Below, piece after piece: positions 20,928 through 29,141 of a stretch of 64,000 nt of DNA. Source of the DNA: Halobacteriovoraceae bacterium (GTDB lineage: Bacteria; Bdellovibrionota; Bacteriovoracia; Bacteriovoracales; Bacteriovoracaceae). The stretch is taken from contig CAVRCF010000001.1 of assembly GCA_963719505.1 (NCBI GenBank), forward strand, positions 704,001 through 768,000, written 5' to 3'. The position numbers and the translations under genes are program-made. Numbering within the stretch: the stretch's first letter is position 1; every line of letters starts with the position of its first letter. A model generated the notes under the pieces. That model ran no database searches. It was given only the letters and a program-made list of their open reading frames with translations, and was not told where the DNA came from.

Positions 20928-20955
20928 AAAAAAAAGGGGATTCCGAAGAATCCCC
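20928..20955 (-). terminator. Rho-independent terminator
   Basis: GGGGATTC-TTCG-GAATCCCC followed by T8 on the minus strand. Confidence 0.93.
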
Positions 20956-20980
20956 AAGTATATTTCTAAAATTTTGTTAA

Positions 20981-21592
20981 TTAGAAAAGTACGTCAAACT
21001 TGATCCAGTTCCATGCAAGTGTATTTGTATCAACTTCGTCAGATCCAGAAGCATCTGGCTCGAAAGTAGAAACAGTATAAGCAATTGATGGAGCATAAGT
21101 CAGGTGTAATCCCCAAACGTGACCAACATGAAATCTATGACCGTACTCAACTGTGATGTCAGTTACTGTATCATCTTCAGAAAGAGCTACACTGTTGTAA
21201 GTACCTGTCTCACCGATTTCAGTCATGTTGTAATGAAGAGCAACATAAGAAGTTGAATCTAAAGATTTACCAAAGTTATAGTATCCCGAAAGACCCATAG
21301 TTGTAGCATCTACATCACTACCAGAAACTTCTCCAGTGTATGACTTGTAAGTAACACCAACTTGCCAGTTGTTGTTAATTGCATAAGCGTAGTTAAGAGC
21401 AATGTTAGTTGTGTTTGTCTCAGAGTCAGCGTCATTAGAGTTTAATGAAAGATCGAAAGACTTAGACATTCCAGAGTCAGTAAAGTTAAAAAATCTTACC
21501 ATGTGCTTAAGATCTTTTCCTTCATGTTCGTGCATATCAGCGAAAGCTGAAACTGTTGATAGAGCTAAAAGAGCTACTAATAATTTTTTCAT
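20981..21592 (-). CDS. Small outer-membrane beta-barrel protein
   Basis: Start ATG 21592 (AAGGA RBS); signal peptide ending SAFA; amphipathic strands; ends IKFDVLF. Confidence 0.8.
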   Translation of the reverse strand: MKKLLVALLALSTVSAFADMHEHEGKDLKHMVRFFNFTDSGMSKSFDLSLNSNDADSETNTTNIALNYAYAINNNWQVGVTYKSYTGEVSGSDVDATTMGLSGYYNFGKSLDSTSYVALHYNMTEIGETGTYNSVALSEDDTVTDITVEYGHRFHVGHVWGLHLTYAPSIAYTVSTFEPDASGSDEVDTNTLAWNWIKFDVLF

Positions 21593-22028
21593 TTCATACA
21601 TCCTTTGTAGAAAGTTGTTATTAAAACTTAAAGTTTTATTTGATTGTTCTATTACACATCAGTGTAGTCAGTTTTTGCTAAAAGGAAATACCTTTCTGTA
21701 CAATTTGTTACAAAATTAACCTTTGTGCAGAAATAAACACATTTAAAATTTTCGTCAAAAAAATGGCAGAATCATAAGAAACGAACTTGTTGACAGGAGA
21801 TTAAAAGGTAGTGAGTAAGCACCAATCGACCTTGCGGATTTTTACTTATCCACAATAAAATACTTTTGCCCCTATAGAGAGAGTTTATAAAAATAAATTG
21901 TAAAAAAAATAATTAAACTTGTTTGACTTAGTACGCGTATTTCTTTCTAATTTTAATATTAGGTAAAACTTTAACAAAAACGATAGTTTAATTTGACCCA
22001 TTATTTGGTTAATTAACAAGGAGACGTT

Positions 22029-23138
22029 ATGAAAAAACAAGTGGCATTAACCTTAGGTCTAGCAGTAATTTCTGGTTCTGCTTTGGCTTCAAAAGCAAGA
22101 TTACAAGCATTAGGTGAAGACGTAGATGGTTCACAGTACATCATGGATGCACGAAACATCTTTTTAAACCCAGCACAAGCTAACTACTATAAGGATATGG
22201 TTACTGTTGAAGCTGGTGATACAACAAACAATGACGACACTGCTCAAGATCCAAACGCAGAGGGTGGATTCTTAAGAGCTTCTGGAAATATGGTTTACGG
22301 TGCATTTTTTGGTCATGAAGATCAAACTCTAAATGACATCAGAACTAACGCAGGTGGAACGGCAGCAGAACTTGCTGATCAAAATACTTGGGACTTTTTT
22401 ATTGCTGGTGATGCTGGTGTTCAGTGGGGTGCAAACCTTTCTTATATGGCTTATAAAAATGAGCAAGCAACTAACGAAATCGAATCAGATGCAGTAAGAG
22501 TTAACGTTGGTATCATCTCTGGTGACACAGAAGCTTTTTTAAAGACTTCACTTGTTGAAACTGCTGAAGAAGATTCTTCTGTAGATCTTGAAGTAAACTC
22601 TAGATATGTTTTAGGTGCTAGTCACAACATCAACGGTGGGACAATCATCTTTAATTATTCTTCATTCGAAGCTGAAGAGTCTGAGACAGCTGATGAAACT
22701 TGGAAAAGCACTATGTTCAATATTGGATACGGTAAAGTTGCTAAGTTAAATGATTCATCAAGCTTTAACTGGAAAGTTAACTATATGAATATTGAATCTG
22801 AAAACGAAGACTTTGATAACACTAACGGTGATCAAAAAGCTTATGCACTAAGCGCAGTTATGGGCCTTGAGTCAATGGTTAAAGAGTGGTTAACACTTAG
22901 AGCTTCAATTGGTCAAAACCTTGTTTCTGAATTCGAAGATGATGACGGAGATAAAAGAAGTTTAGCTGATTCTACAATCGTTGCAGCTGGTGCATCTTTT
23001 GTATTCGGAGATTTCCAAGTTGATGGAATGATCGGAAACAACGCTACTGGTGGAACAACTGATAGTGAAGGAACTAACTCAGGGACTTTAAGAACAGACT
23101 CACTTCTTTCAAGAGTGTCTGCTACTTACAGATTCTAA
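22029..23138 (+). CDS. Major outer-membrane porin-like protein, PopA (Bd0427)-like, paralogue 1
   Basis: Signal peptide then SKARLQALG, DPNAEGGF, YGAFFG, resembling my recollection of the Bdellovibrio major OMP N-terminus; ends ATYRF; highly expressed codon style. Confidence 0.75.
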   Translation: MKKQVALTLGLAVISGSALASKARLQALGEDVDGSQYIMDARNIFLNPAQANYYKDMVTVEAGDTTNNDDTAQDPNAEGGFLRASGNMVYGAFFGHEDQTLNDIRTNAGGTAAELADQNTWDFFIAGDAGVQWGANLSYMAYKNEQATNEIESDAVRVNVGIISGDTEAFLKTSLVETAEEDSSVDLEVNSRYVLGASHNINGGTIIFNYSSFEAEESETADETWKSTMFNIGYGKVAKLNDSSSFNWKVNYMNIESENEDFDNTNGDQKAYALSAVMGLESMVKEWLTLRASIGQNLVSEFEDDDGDKRSLADSTIVAAGASFVFGDFQVDGMIGNNATGGTTDSEGTNSGTLRTDSLLSRVSATYRF

Positions 23139-23160
23139 TAATAAGGTATAGGAGATTAAC

Positions 23161-24378
23161 ATGAAGAAATTTTTAGGATTAGCACTTCTTGCCTCAGTTT
23201 TCACAACAAGCGCATTCGCGTCGGTTGCAAGACTAGAAGCTTTAGGTGAGGACCAGTACGGTTCACAATATATTAACGATAACAGAAATATGTTTTTAAA
23301 TGCAGCTGCTGTTAACGATCACTTTGACTTTGTTACTTTTGAGTGGGGAGATACAACTAAGGTTCAAAACACTGAGTCGACTCCTAAAGCCCAAGGTGGG
23401 ATTTTTAGAAAGACTGGAGATATGGTTTACGGTGTTTATTTTGGGGCTGACTCAAACACTGCATCTCAGTTAAGAGCTGGTGGTTTACAAGCTATTGCTT
23501 CATCAACTTCAACTGATGTAAACAACTTGGCTGCTCAAGCTCAAAACGAAGACACTCTTGACCTTTTTGTTGGTGGTGAAACATCATTCAAGTGGGGAGC
23601 AAGACTTTCGTATGCTGACGCAAGTAACGAGCAGGGTGGAAACTATGCCACTGGTAAGACCTTTGACAAGGTTGAAAAATCTGGAATCTTAGTAGGTCTT
23701 GGTGCGATTGCAGGAAACAATGAGTTCTATGCAAACATCGGTGCTGGTAACGAATTAAAAATTGAAGGAATTACTGACCTTGGTGGTGGAGATTATCACT
23801 TTAAAGGTGAGCTAGGATTTCAAGTTGGTTACATAAGAGCTCTTGGGAATAATGCAAAAGCTTGGTTAGAGTATAGAGCTCAAGATGTTAAGGAAGAAGA
23901 AGTTTCTTCTTTAGATGAGACTTGGGAAGTATCAGTTTACCAAATTGGTTATGGTAAAGTATCTAAGCTGAACGATGTTTTCACAGCAAACTATAAATTA
24001 GTTTATAATGCTGATAAACAAGAAAACAGAGGTTTCGCTAGTGGACAAGAAGACTACGAAGAAACAAGACTTACAGCAACTCTTGGAATGGAAGCAATGG
24101 TTAAAGAGTGGTTAACTCTTAGAGCTTCTATTGCTAACAATCTAATGGGTGAAACTACAGCTCTAGCTGCTGGTGGAACTTCAAAAGATTCAAGAACAAT
24201 TGCTGACTCAACTGAAATTGCCTTAGGTGCAAGCCTTAACTTTGGCGACTTTGCAATTGATGGTCTTATTGGAAACAATGCTGACAGTGATGGCACTGCT
24301 GGTGAAACTGGTGATGACAACGGTCAAATCAGAACTGACTCATTAATGTCAAGAGTATCTATGACTTATAAGTTCTAA
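23161..24378 (+). CDS. Major outer-membrane porin-like protein, PopA-like, paralogue 2
   Basis: SVARLEALGED, PKAQGGIF; shares MVKEWLTLRASI and RTDSL with paralogue 1; ends MTYKF. Confidence 0.75.
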   Translation: MKKFLGLALLASVFTTSAFASVARLEALGEDQYGSQYINDNRNMFLNAAAVNDHFDFVTFEWGDTTKVQNTESTPKAQGGIFRKTGDMVYGVYFGADSNTASQLRAGGLQAIASSTSTDVNNLAAQAQNEDTLDLFVGGETSFKWGARLSYADASNEQGGNYATGKTFDKVEKSGILVGLGAIAGNNEFYANIGAGNELKIEGITDLGGGDYHFKGELGFQVGYIRALGNNAKAWLEYRAQDVKEEEVSSLDETWEVSVYQIGYGKVSKLNDVFTANYKLVYNADKQENRGFASGQEDYEETRLTATLGMEAMVKEWLTLRASIANNLMGETTALAAGGTSKDSRTIADSTEIALGASLNFGDFAIDGLIGNNADSDGTAGETGDDNGQIRTDSLMSRVSMTYKF

Positions 24379-24407
24379 TAGGATGTTAGAAATATAATCG
24401 AAAGATT

Positions 24408-24444
24408 AGAGGGCCTGGAGGAAGCTTCAGGCCTTTTTATTTTT
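24408..24444 (+). terminator. Rho-independent terminator after the OMP pair
   Basis: GGCCTGGAG-GAAG-CTTCAGGCC followed by TTTTTATTTTT. Confidence 0.85.
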
Positions 24445-24853
24445 GGCTAGGCTCGCTGAAGATGATTTTTGAAACTTCATGGCTTTTTTTATCAAAGATA
24501 ATATTTATTCCTTTTGAAGGGATAGTAAGTTCCCAAAGATTCACACCTGCATTTGTTACCTTTCGTGACTCTTTTTTAATTTCTCTATATTGGCTTTCCC
24601 AAAAATCCACAGACTTCTCGTGACTAGCCGGGCTTCTGTGAATTGATCTTACGACCTCATTGCTGTCGATCTGAAGGCTTATGTCTTTCCAGACATATAA
24701 TTTGTCGCTTTTAAACACGGGCTTTTTAAGAAGCTCTATGGCCTCTGAAATCTTAGTGTCTCCCGGTGAGATCCTCGAGAGGTTAATTTCTCTAGAACAA
24801 CTAGAAAAAGTGAGTGCAAATGTGATAATAAAGAGTAGCTTAAAATATTTCAT
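24437..24853 (-). CDS. Hypothetical lipoprotein
   Basis: Start reassigned to ATG 24853: MKYFKLLFIITFALTFSSC lipobox; removes overlap with mtgA. Confidence 0.7.
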   Translation of the reverse strand: MKYFKLLFIITFALTFSSCSREINLSRISPGDTKISEAIELLKKPVFKSDKLYVWKDISLQIDSNEVVRSIHRSPASHEKSVDFWESQYREIKKESRKVTNAGVNLWELTIPSKGINIIFDKKSHEVSKIIFSEPSQK

Positions 24854-24860
24854 GTTTCCT

Positions 24861-24887
24861 TTATCGGAACCAGTTGAGATAACTTGA
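24861..24887 (-). promoter_or_regulatory. sigma28-type promoter
   Basis: TCAA-N15-TCCGATAA; ends 7 nt before ATG 24853. Confidence 0.65.
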
Positions 24888-24911
24888 GCAAATAAAGCGG
24901 TTAAAGGATAA

Positions 24912-25673
24912 GTGTTGAAAATTACTGTTAAAATTCTTATGAGCTTTTTATGTATTTGCCTCATAGCAGTGGGGTATGTGGCTTTTATTTATCTTAAAAC
25001 TGACGTGGAACAACTTAAAACAAAACATGTGCAGTACAACTCAAAAACTCAAAGTTATGAGCTCGTAAAAAAGTCAAATAAATGGGTGCCTATCAATGAG
25101 ATATCAAAAGTGGCAAAGTGGGCTATTGTTATTTCTGAAGACTGGGCATTTTATGAACATCACGGCATTGATTTTAAACAATTAGAAATAGTTATTGAAG
25201 AGAGTCTTGAGGAAAAAGAGCTTGTTCGTGGAGCATCCACGATTACTCAGCAAGTGGCAAAAAATATTTATCTGTCAAATGAGAGAAGTCTTTTTAGAAA
25301 AATCAAAGAAGCCATTATCGCCTATAAACTGGAAACCAATTTAACTAAAGATGTTATTTTATCTCAGTACCTTAATCTTATTCATCTTGGTGAGGGGATC
25401 CATGGGATCAAAGAAGCATCTCGTTTATACTTCAATAAATCGGCAAGTAATCTGACCGCTAGAGAGGGAGCCTTTTTGGCAATGCTTCTGCCAAGTCCAG
25501 TGAAGTACAGTACATCATTTAGAAAAAAGGAACTGACTCCCTTTGCGACGGAAATTATTGAGTCGATTTTAAAAAAATTAAAACAAGCAAAAGTTATAAC
25601 GGTTGAGCAAATGGAAGCCGAGATGGATGATCAATTTAATTGGGAAGCTTCAAGCTTTGATGCTTACTTATGA
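24912..25673 (+). CDS. mtgA: Monofunctional peptidoglycan transglycosylase (GT51)
   Basis: N-terminal TM; SEDWAFYEHHGID, RGASTITQQVAKN, RKIKE, YLN; no transpeptidase domain. Confidence 0.9.
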   Translation: MLKITVKILMSFLCICLIAVGYVAFIYLKTDVEQLKTKHVQYNSKTQSYELVKKSNKWVPINEISKVAKWAIVISEDWAFYEHHGIDFKQLEIVIEESLEEKELVRGASTITQQVAKNIYLSNERSLFRKIKEAIIAYKLETNLTKDVILSQYLNLIHLGEGIHGIKEASRLYFNKSASNLTAREGAFLAMLLPSPVKYSTSFRKKELTPFATEIIESILKKLKQAKVITVEQMEAEMDDQFNWEASSFDAYL

Positions 25674-26764
25674 AAGTCATCTTATTTCTTATCTTTTCAA
25701 GTTTAAGTTTTTCTCAAGATTTTGGAAATGGCTCTGATGGTGTTTGTAATTTTACAGGCGGACTTCAAGCTAAATCCGTCTGGAATTGCACAGACCTTTT
25801 TGTCTCTGGAAATACAACTTTTCCAACAAGCTCGAAAGTTGTCTTAAAAGTTTCCGGTGGTGTTACCGTCTCAGCGGCTGGAACATTATCTGTATCAGCT
25901 TCTGGTACAACTCCAGGTGGTGGTGGAATGAGTGGTGGAGTTTGTTCTGCGACTCCTTGTTCTTCTCCTCAAACGGATGCCTCTAACTCTTCTGGTGTTT
26001 TAGCTGAAGGTGGAGATGCTGGTACTGACGACAATACCCTTGGGGCAAGCGGAGGAGGTGGTAGCGGAGCAACCTACAATCCAATTGACGAGGGTAAAGA
26101 TGGAGCTACTGGAACCGATGGAGGAAGTCCTTCCCAAGGTGCTGGAGGGGTTGCAAGCTTAACTGGTTATGGTTCAGAAGCGAATTTTGCAACCACTATT
26201 AATGGTGGCTCCGGTGGAGGTGCCGGTGGAAGTAGCGATGAAATAGGTACACTTGTGGCTGGGGGAGCCGGCGGGGGCGGGGGCGGAATTATTCAAATCT
26301 TTTCAAAGGGCTCCGTTGATATAGATGGTGAGGTTTTATCTCGTGGTGGGGATGGTGTAGGTGCTCCTGCCACTAACAACGGATCAGTCTATAGCGGCGG
26401 TGGTGGCGGTGGAAGCGGAGGTGCAATTTTTATTTATTCTCAATCGACAATTTCCGTTTCTGGTAAAGTAGAGGCTCTTGGTGGAACTGGTGGAGTGACT
26501 GGTGGCGCGGGAAGCAGTGGCGGCAACGGCGGTGTTGGCAGAATAAGAATGGACTCATTTGACGGGACGATATCTGGAGGCGTTAACGTTGATCCAGCTC
26601 CGGAGATTTTTACTGCAAGAGCTCTTTCAGGTTTAAAAGCAAAATTTAAAAGTGATATTTCTCATAACTGCTCCTTCAAGGAAGAGAGAGTTGACTTCTA
26701 CCCATCATTTATTTTTGGAATGCTTCTGAGCTTATTTTTTATGGGATTATTGAAACGTATTTAG
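25670..26764 (+). CDS. Glycine-rich exported protein with C-terminal membrane anchor
   Basis: Signal peptide; GGSGGGAGG / GGGGGGII / GGGGGSGGAI runs; C-terminal HNCSF...FIFGMLLSLFFMGLLKRI. Confidence 0.75.
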   Translation: MKVILFLIFSSLSFSQDFGNGSDGVCNFTGGLQAKSVWNCTDLFVSGNTTFPTSSKVVLKVSGGVTVSAAGTLSVSASGTTPGGGGMSGGVCSATPCSSPQTDASNSSGVLAEGGDAGTDDNTLGASGGGGSGATYNPIDEGKDGATGTDGGSPSQGAGGVASLTGYGSEANFATTINGGSGGGAGGSSDEIGTLVAGGAGGGGGGIIQIFSKGSVDIDGEVLSRGGDGVGAPATNNGSVYSGGGGGGSGGAIFIYSQSTISVSGKVEALGGTGGVTGGAGSSGGNGGVGRIRMDSFDGTISGGVNVDPAPEIFTARALSGLKAKFKSDISHNCSFKEERVDFYPSFIFGMLLSLFFMGLLKRI

Positions 26765-29048
26765 CACCAGGTGCTTCGTTATCTCCTAGATTTTCTGTCG
26801 ATCCAGAACCCATTTGTCCAAAAGCACCAGCTCCAAAGCAAATAACTCTACCTTCATCTTTTGTCAGAGCACATGTGTGAGAAACTCCAGATGCAATTTG
26901 ATTAATAGTCTCTCCACCTAGATCCACAAGAGAAATATCCTTTACGAGTTCATCGTCTCCCACATTCTCAGTCGTGCCCAAGCCAGTTGTTCCCGAGGCA
27001 CCAATACCAAAGCAGTGGACACTAAAGTTACCACTGATTGCACAGGTGTGAAGATTTCCAGTTGAAACACTTATGTGAGTAGAAGCTCCCGTGTCTACAT
27101 AGTCTATAGATGTAACAGCTTCATTATCACCAATATTCTCACTATTTCCCGTACCAATTTGCCCTCTAATATTAGATCCCCAACATCTCAATTTTTGTCC
27201 ACCGGTTATGGCACAAGTATGCCTGTTTCCCGTTGCTAGTTGAATGATCTGTTCACCAAATGGAACAGGAGAAACTGAAGATGGTAGTTCATCATCTCCT
27301 ACGTGATCAGGGTTTCCAAGTCCGAGTTGACCCGAATCATTTCGCCCCCAGCACCTTAGATCACCGTTTTGTAAAAGAGCACATGAGTGGAAACTAATGG
27401 TCGAAATATCCATCTGAACAACGGGGCCTCCGACGCTAACGTAACCTATTGTAGAAACGGACTCATCATCTCCAATCGCGTTGGTGTGTCCAAGACCTAA
27501 TTGTCCGAATGCATTCTCCCCCCAGCACTGAATATTTTTATTTTCTAGTAGTGCACAGTTATAAGAGTATCCCGAATAGATTTTAACAGCTTTATCCTTA
27601 AGCGGGACTGAGGCAAGATTAGAGACATCTTCATCATCCCCAATTGTATCTGTATGTCCTAAACCAAGTTGTCCCTTATCGTTTTGTCCCCAACATTTCA
27701 CAACACCATTTTCTAAAATAACACATGTGTGGAAGGCTCCGGCACTAACATCTTTAACCTCTGCTCCTAGGCTGAGAGTTGATAGAGAACTTGGAAGCTC
27801 ATCATCTCCAATATTATTTGTATGTCCTAGGCCTAGCTGGCCTCTGGTATTTTGTCCCCAACACTTTAAGTTACCTTCAAGAAGGAGTGCACATGTATGA
27901 AATCCACCAGCGGCAAGTTTTTTAACTTCTATGGGCTTTTCTTCTTTTTCACAATACTTTATTTTAGCGACACTAAAATCATCTCGATCATTCGTAAGAT
28001 GAACTTGATTGAGTTCGGCATTGTATTCATATGGTACCGAGATATTATTCACGAGAGCTTCAATAGTGGCTGGATCAACTTTATTTGTTTTGAGATTAAA
28101 ATCGTTGGCAGGTTTAATAGAAACAGTTGCTAGGCGACCAAGGTTTGCGAGACCGTTTGCATAGTCTCCGTTTGCCATGTCGACTGTAATCCCACCTGCT
28201 ATATTTACGGCATCAATATAACCATAACCAATTTCATTTTCACCATTTACAGGCATGGTTTTATTGTCTTTGTAGAGGACCCCACCAACTACTTGCGGAG
28301 AACCATCTTGAATTTCTGTGATTCTGTCGACAACCATCTGAGCTGTAATAATTTTATTGCCCTGTTCATCAATACAATATTTATCGTGACTTCTATCTTC
28401 TCCACCTTGTGGATCTGGAACTGGAGTCACACCTGTTGGATACTCAGCACAAATGTCTTGTTCATCGGCCACAAAAATTACAGTAAGAGCTGCATCTTCT
28501 CTAAAAAAATCTTCTTGGCGGTTAAGAATAATATTCTCTTCATTGGTCGCCTTTAAAAAAGAATAGAGTCCAAGTTCTCCTCCGTCAGTTTCATTATCAC
28601 CTTGTGGATTTTGCATTTTTGTTTTCAAATGATTTTTGATCTCGGCAGTTGTCAAAGTTGCACTTGAGAGTACTCTTGGCTCTGAGCCTTTGCGATATAA
28701 CTTTCCAGACTGAGAGGTGTTGTCTCCATGTCCTAAAATAACCGCGACTCTATAATCAACTTCAGCTGGAAGCTGAGTGAGAAGAAAATCAAAACCTTCT
28801 GCAATAGCTGCTCTTTCTTCTTTAATTGAACTTGATGTATCAATGACGATGGCTATGTCTAATTTTCTCGTTATGAACTCTTCTGGTGTTGCGTATTGAT
28901 CTTGAAAACAAAGAGCATTGACAGTATTACCGCTGGAAGTGGGATTAGTTTCAAAAGCATCATCAAGTGCACTGCTCGTTCCAGAGTCCTCACAAGAGGA
29001 GACGAGAGTGAAAAGCACGGAAAGAAAAAGCAGTGATAATAATTTCAT
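26739..29048 (-). CDS. Lipoprotein with vWA (MIDAS) domain and seven RCC1-like repeats
   Basis: Lipobox VSSC; KLDIAIVIDTSSS (DxSxS); VIFVADE; repeats of HTCA...CWGxNxxGQLGLG. Confidence 0.85.
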   Translation of the reverse strand: MKLLSLLFLSVLFTLVSSCEDSGTSSALDDAFETNPTSSGNTVNALCFQDQYATPEEFITRKLDIAIVIDTSSSIKEERAAIAEGFDFLLTQLPAEVDYRVAVILGHGDNTSQSGKLYRKGSEPRVLSSATLTTAEIKNHLKTKMQNPQGDNETDGGELGLYSFLKATNEENIILNRQEDFFREDAALTVIFVADEQDICAEYPTGVTPVPDPQGGEDRSHDKYCIDEQGNKIITAQMVVDRITEIQDGSPQVVGGVLYKDNKTMPVNGENEIGYGYIDAVNIAGGITVDMANGDYANGLANLGRLATVSIKPANDFNLKTNKVDPATIEALVNNISVPYEYNAELNQVHLTNDRDDFSVAKIKYCEKEEKPIEVKKLAAGGFHTCALLLEGNLKCWGQNTRGQLGLGHTNNIGDDELPSSLSTLSLGAEVKDVSAGAFHTCVILENGVVKCWGQNDKGQLGLGHTDTIGDDEDVSNLASVPLKDKAVKIYSGYSYNCALLENKNIQCWGENAFGQLGLGHTNAIGDDESVSTIGYVSVGGPVVQMDISTISFHSCALLQNGDLRCWGRNDSGQLGLGNPDHVGDDELPSSVSPVPFGEQIIQLATGNRHTCAITGGQKLRCWGSNIRGQIGTGNSENIGDNEAVTSIDYVDTGASTHISVSTGNLHTCAISGNFSVHCFGIGASGTTGLGTTENVGDDELVKDISLVDLGGETINQIASGVSHTCALTKDEGRVICFGAGAFGQMGSGSTENLGDNEAPGAKYVSIIP
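26760..27925 (-). repeat. Seven RCC1-type coding repeats, each with a GD(D/N)E loop
   Basis: e.g. WGQNTRGQLGLGHTNNIGDDE, WGQNDKGQLGLGHTDTIGDDE, WGENAFGQLGLGHTNAIGDDE; boundaries approximate. Confidence 0.85.
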
Positions 29049-29141
29049 AACCTTATTATCAGTTGGAACACCATTTCACTCCAGTATTTTCAGCTGGTCT
29101 AACTATTCGCTTTTATAGGTTTTGAATGAAAAGGGGATCTG

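Noticed and set aside
21846-21854. Perfect DnaA box TTATCCACA in the OMP intergenic region
   Set aside because: Single box; two others fall inside CDSs (about 7832 and 16752), compatible with chance; no oriC-type gene context
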